A stretch of 64,000 nt of DNA from the human T2T-CHM13v2.0 reference genome, Homo sapiens: assembly GCF_009914755.1 (NCBI RefSeq), contig NC_060925.1; one strand, 5' to 3'. Under the pieces are notes generated by a model. That model searched no databases. It was not told where the DNA came from and saw nothing but the letters and a program-made list of their open reading frames with translations. This document shows positions 59,989 through 64,000 of the stretch, one piece after another (within the stretch, counting starts at the first letter, position 1; every line of letters starts with the position of its first letter). The position numbers were made by a program, and so were the translations under genes.

Positions 59989-60304
59989 AGTGTCTTTCTT
60001 TTTTTTTTCTTTTTTCTTCTGAGTATTTATTTGGTTATTCTTCTATAACTAAACTTTGTTTTTCAAACACACAAAGTGAATTATCAATCTGTTAATGTTG
60101 ACTTTTCTGAATTAAACAAATTTGCTATTTGGAGAATTCTTACTGCTCTGCAAATACTGTTGTTGTATCACTGTTCAGAGAATGTAGTACAGTATAATAC
60201 TTTGAGAGACCTATATGCTTAATCTTTTTATTTGCTGATAATTTGCAATGCTGCAAAAATCTTAACACCCAGGCATTAGTTTGTATGTGTTCGTATATGA
60301 CTAA

Positions 60305-60691
<387 letters not shown>

Positions 60692-60869
60692 TAGTAGCAT
60701 CTTTGAGTCTGGACTTACTGTAAGGTAACTCAAACATACTTAATGAGAATAACAGTTTATACTTAGTGATCGGACGGTGTTATAGGCACTTTGAAGAATA
60801 GGAGGTTACTGTTGATTCATTACTGTATTTGGGGGCCACACCGTAATCCGTTAAAGTTGCATGTATTTT

Positions 60870-60985
60870 CCCTAGACACACTAGCATACAATTCAAGTTC
60901 TTAATGGCCACGTGTAGCAAATATTGGACAGTGCAGATATAGAGCATTTTCATTATCATGAAAAGTTTTGTTGGATAGCACTGGT
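60870..60985. mobile_element. MER3-like DNA transposon fragment
   Basis: ttcaagttcttaatggccacgtg...tattggacagtgcagatatagagcattt...ttggatagcactg. Confidence 0.65.
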
Positions 60986-61031
60986 CTAAACCATATATGA
61001 ATCTCAGTGTTTTATTAAAATATTAGGGCTA

Positions 61032-61590
61032 CATTACTGAGTATATGCCCAGAGGAATATAAATCATTCTGCTGCAAAGACACATGCATGTGAATTGTCA
61101 TTGCAGCACCCTTCACAATAGCAAACGTAAACGATGGAATTGATGGAATCAACCGAAATTGACGGAATCAATCTAAATGTTCATCACTGACAGATTGTGT
61201 AAAGAAAATGTGGAACATGGACACCATGGAATAGTATGCAGCCATAAAAAGAATGAGATCCGATCTTTTGCAGGAACATGCATGGAGCCGGAGACAGTTA
61301 TCCTTAGCAAACTAACGCAGGAAGAGAAAGCCAAATACTGCATATTCTTACGTATAAGTGGGAGCTAAATGATAAGAACTTATGAGCACAAAGTAGGAAA
61401 CCACAGACAGTGGCATCTCCTTGAGGATATAGGGTGGGAGCAGGGAGAGGAGCAGAAGAGATCACTATTGGGTACTGGGCTTAATACCTGGGTGATAAAA
61501 TAATCTGTATAACAAAACCCCGTGACATGAGTTTGCCTATGTAACAAACCTTCACATGTACCCCCGAACCTAAAATAAAAGTTAAAAAAA
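61032..61590 (+). mobile_element. 5'-truncated L1PA (old primate, ~L1PA13-16) 3' end
   Basis: ORF2 C-terminal remnant KKNEIRSFAGTCMEPETVILSKLTQE, 3' UTR with AATAAA (61574-61579), TSD attagggcta on both sides. Confidence 0.88.
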
Positions 61591-61959
61591 AATTAGGGCT
61601 ATTCAATTCTGCATTAAGCCTCTTGTCAGCCATTGCTATGTCCATTTGTCTTTATCCAGTTCATCCATAACTCTTCCCGTTTGACCCTCATGCCTTTTGA
61701 AACTTAGGTTCAGTTATGACCAAACTCCCCAACATACTGTTTCCTCAGACTCTCCTGTTTCTTCATTTGTTGTGAGCTCTAGCTGTCCCTCAATGCCATG
61801 TTTCAAAACCTTCAGTGAAGGCCCTTGTGTCAGTCAAGTCGTCTCAGGTGGGTGTGATGGAGGAAACCGCAGTTACTTCACTCCTGACTGCCATTTCCAG
61901 GGCTTTGTTTTGGCACTTACTCTCAGGTCCTATTCCTCTTTGAAATTAAGCTACCGCTC

Positions 61960-62345
61960 TGTGTTAATCTGTTTTGCATTGCTATAAAGAAAGAGCAGAG
62001 ATTGGTAATTTATAAAGAGAAGTAAGTGGTTTATTTTGGCTCATGTTGTGCAGGCTGCATACGAAGCATGGTGCCAACATATGCTTCTGGTAAGGCCTCA
62101 GGAAGATTTCACTCTGACAGCAGGCAGAGGGGAGCAAGCCTCACAAGGGAGCAGGACTGAGCGAGGAGGAGAGGGGCCAGGCCCTTTCTAACAATCAGAC
62201 CTCAGGATAACTAATAGGGCACCAAGCCATTCATGAGGGATCCACCCCCATGACCCAAACACCTCCCACCAGGCCCCACCTCCAACACTGGAAGTCACAT
62301 TTCAACATGAGAGATTTGGAGAGGACAGGTATCCAAACCATATCA
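61960..62345. mobile_element. MST-type MaLR solo LTR
   Basis: TG..CA ends, 5-bp TSD cgctc/cactc, acacctcccaccaggccccacctccaacac motif. Confidence 0.88.
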
Positions 62346-62449
62346 CACTCCTCTTTGAAATCAGTGTTGTCTCTCTCCTCCCTAATCAATAAAATCTCTC
62401 AATTGAGAAGGCTCTCTTTGACCCTTTCTATTTTATTTTTATTTTTATT

Positions 62450-62764
<315 letters not shown>

Positions 62765-63089
62765 TGATCCTTTTCCTCTTCATTCTATCTCTTTCATCAT
62801 CCTTAAATGTTTGAATTTCCATGTTGCTGATACACAAAACACTAATACTCTTCAGCTTCCTTAACTCTACTATATCCCCTACTTCTACGCTAACATCCTG
62901 CATGAACTGAAATGCCCCTAAGATCTCTCTGAAACCACACTCTCTGACTAGGGCCTTTGCTCTTCTTTCCTCCCTATCAAAGTTAAATCTACTCCATGTC
63001 TTCATTTTCACCTCTAGTTCTTCAGCATTCTTTCTTTTTATCTCTCATTTTATCTGTTGTGTCCAGGCTGGTCTTCTTTTCTTCCCATT

Positions 63090-63860
63090 TAAATATAAAT
63101 TTTACCATCTCAAATTGAACTCACACATTCACTCTCCCAAATCTGCTGCCCCTTCTGTATTCTCTTACTGGATGGCACTTTTACTCACTAACATGCTCTG
63201 ATCAGAAAACTGGATTTCACCCTGTCCTTCACCCCTAACTTTTAACCAGTCACTAAGTACAGATCTGAGTTTCTAACGTTTTCTTGAATTCTTTCCCTCA
63301 TTAACACTTTTCTTATGGAAGCTAAGTAATCTCTGGATTTATCTATTACACTTCTTCCTAGCTTGCCTCCCTCCTTCGTTCCACTCCCTACACTGCAGCC
63401 AGAAGCGATCTTTCTTAAAGACACATTTGATCATGTGACTCTGATTTAAAATTCTTCGGTGAATTTTCACTGCCTTCAAGACAGTCTCCACATTCTTTCC
63501 CATGCCCGTGGTCTGTCCTAATGTGGCTCCCTTTTGCCCTCCAAGGCTGCTGCTTTTTTCCTCCTCTCGCGCCCTGTCTCCCAGTACACTCAGCTATCGT
63601 CAAAGGCAGGAGGGCTTAGGGGGTGAACATGGGCTTACTAGAGTTAGCCAGACTTAGATTCAACTTCTGGCCCCACCATTCACTGGCTGTGTGACCTTGG
63701 ACGAGTTACTTTAACTTCTCTGTGCCCCAGTTTTTCCTCATCTGTAAAATGGAGAAATATGTGACTCCTAGGATTGTGAATGAGGACTGCATTTTAAAAT
63801 GTATATTGGTTATCTTATACAAACCCAGGCAGGCACAAAATATTTCTCAATAAATAGCGG
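63090..63860. mobile_element. L2 fragment (~63090-63500) and MIR (~63630-63860)
   Basis: L2 motif acactgcagccagaagcgatctttc. MIR core gctgtgtgaccttggacgagttactttaacttctctgtgccccagttt...catctgtaaaatgg. Confidence 0.65.
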
Positions 63861-64000
63861 TGGTGGTGATAACCCTGCTGATTATCCCATCCTCTCTCCA
63901 GCCTCTGAGTCTTTGTATGTGCCATGTGCATTCTTCTCTGCTCCACTGCCTGTATATTACTTTAGCCTTACTTATCTTAGCCTACATGGTACTCCCTCTA

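Overview
Human (primate, Alu-dense) genomic DNA lying entirely inside SDCCAG8 (CCCAP/NPHP10/BBS16, a centrosomal and ciliary coiled-coil protein) on the + strand. Eight coding exons (exons 2-9, 1001 nt) splice in frame into one stop-free peptide that matches SDCCAG8 residues ~23-356 as I recall the protein. Exon 1 and exons 10 onward are outside the window. The rest is intron. It holds an antisense FCF1 processed pseudogene missed by the ORF track, about 40 Alus (one an essentially pristine AluYd8), a full-length Tigger2, a near-full-length old antisense L1, MST/MLT2A/MER21/MLT1 LTRs and small DNA-transposon, MIR and L2 fragments. Nearly all listed ORFs are repeat-derived artefacts. I found no evidence of a wholly new biological system. 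The best leads concern RNA processing and recent variation: a GC-AG donor after exon 9 followed directly by a stop codon inside AATAAA, a stop-free frame-preserving exon 7-9 circle bracketed by inverted Alus, an Alu-associated cryptic exon in intron 7, recursive-splice-like AG|GTAAG sites, an X-box-like element in intron 7, and very young insertions and duplications. Repeat subfamily names come from recognition of consensus motifs, not from a RepeatMasker run, and boundaries of old repeats are approximate.
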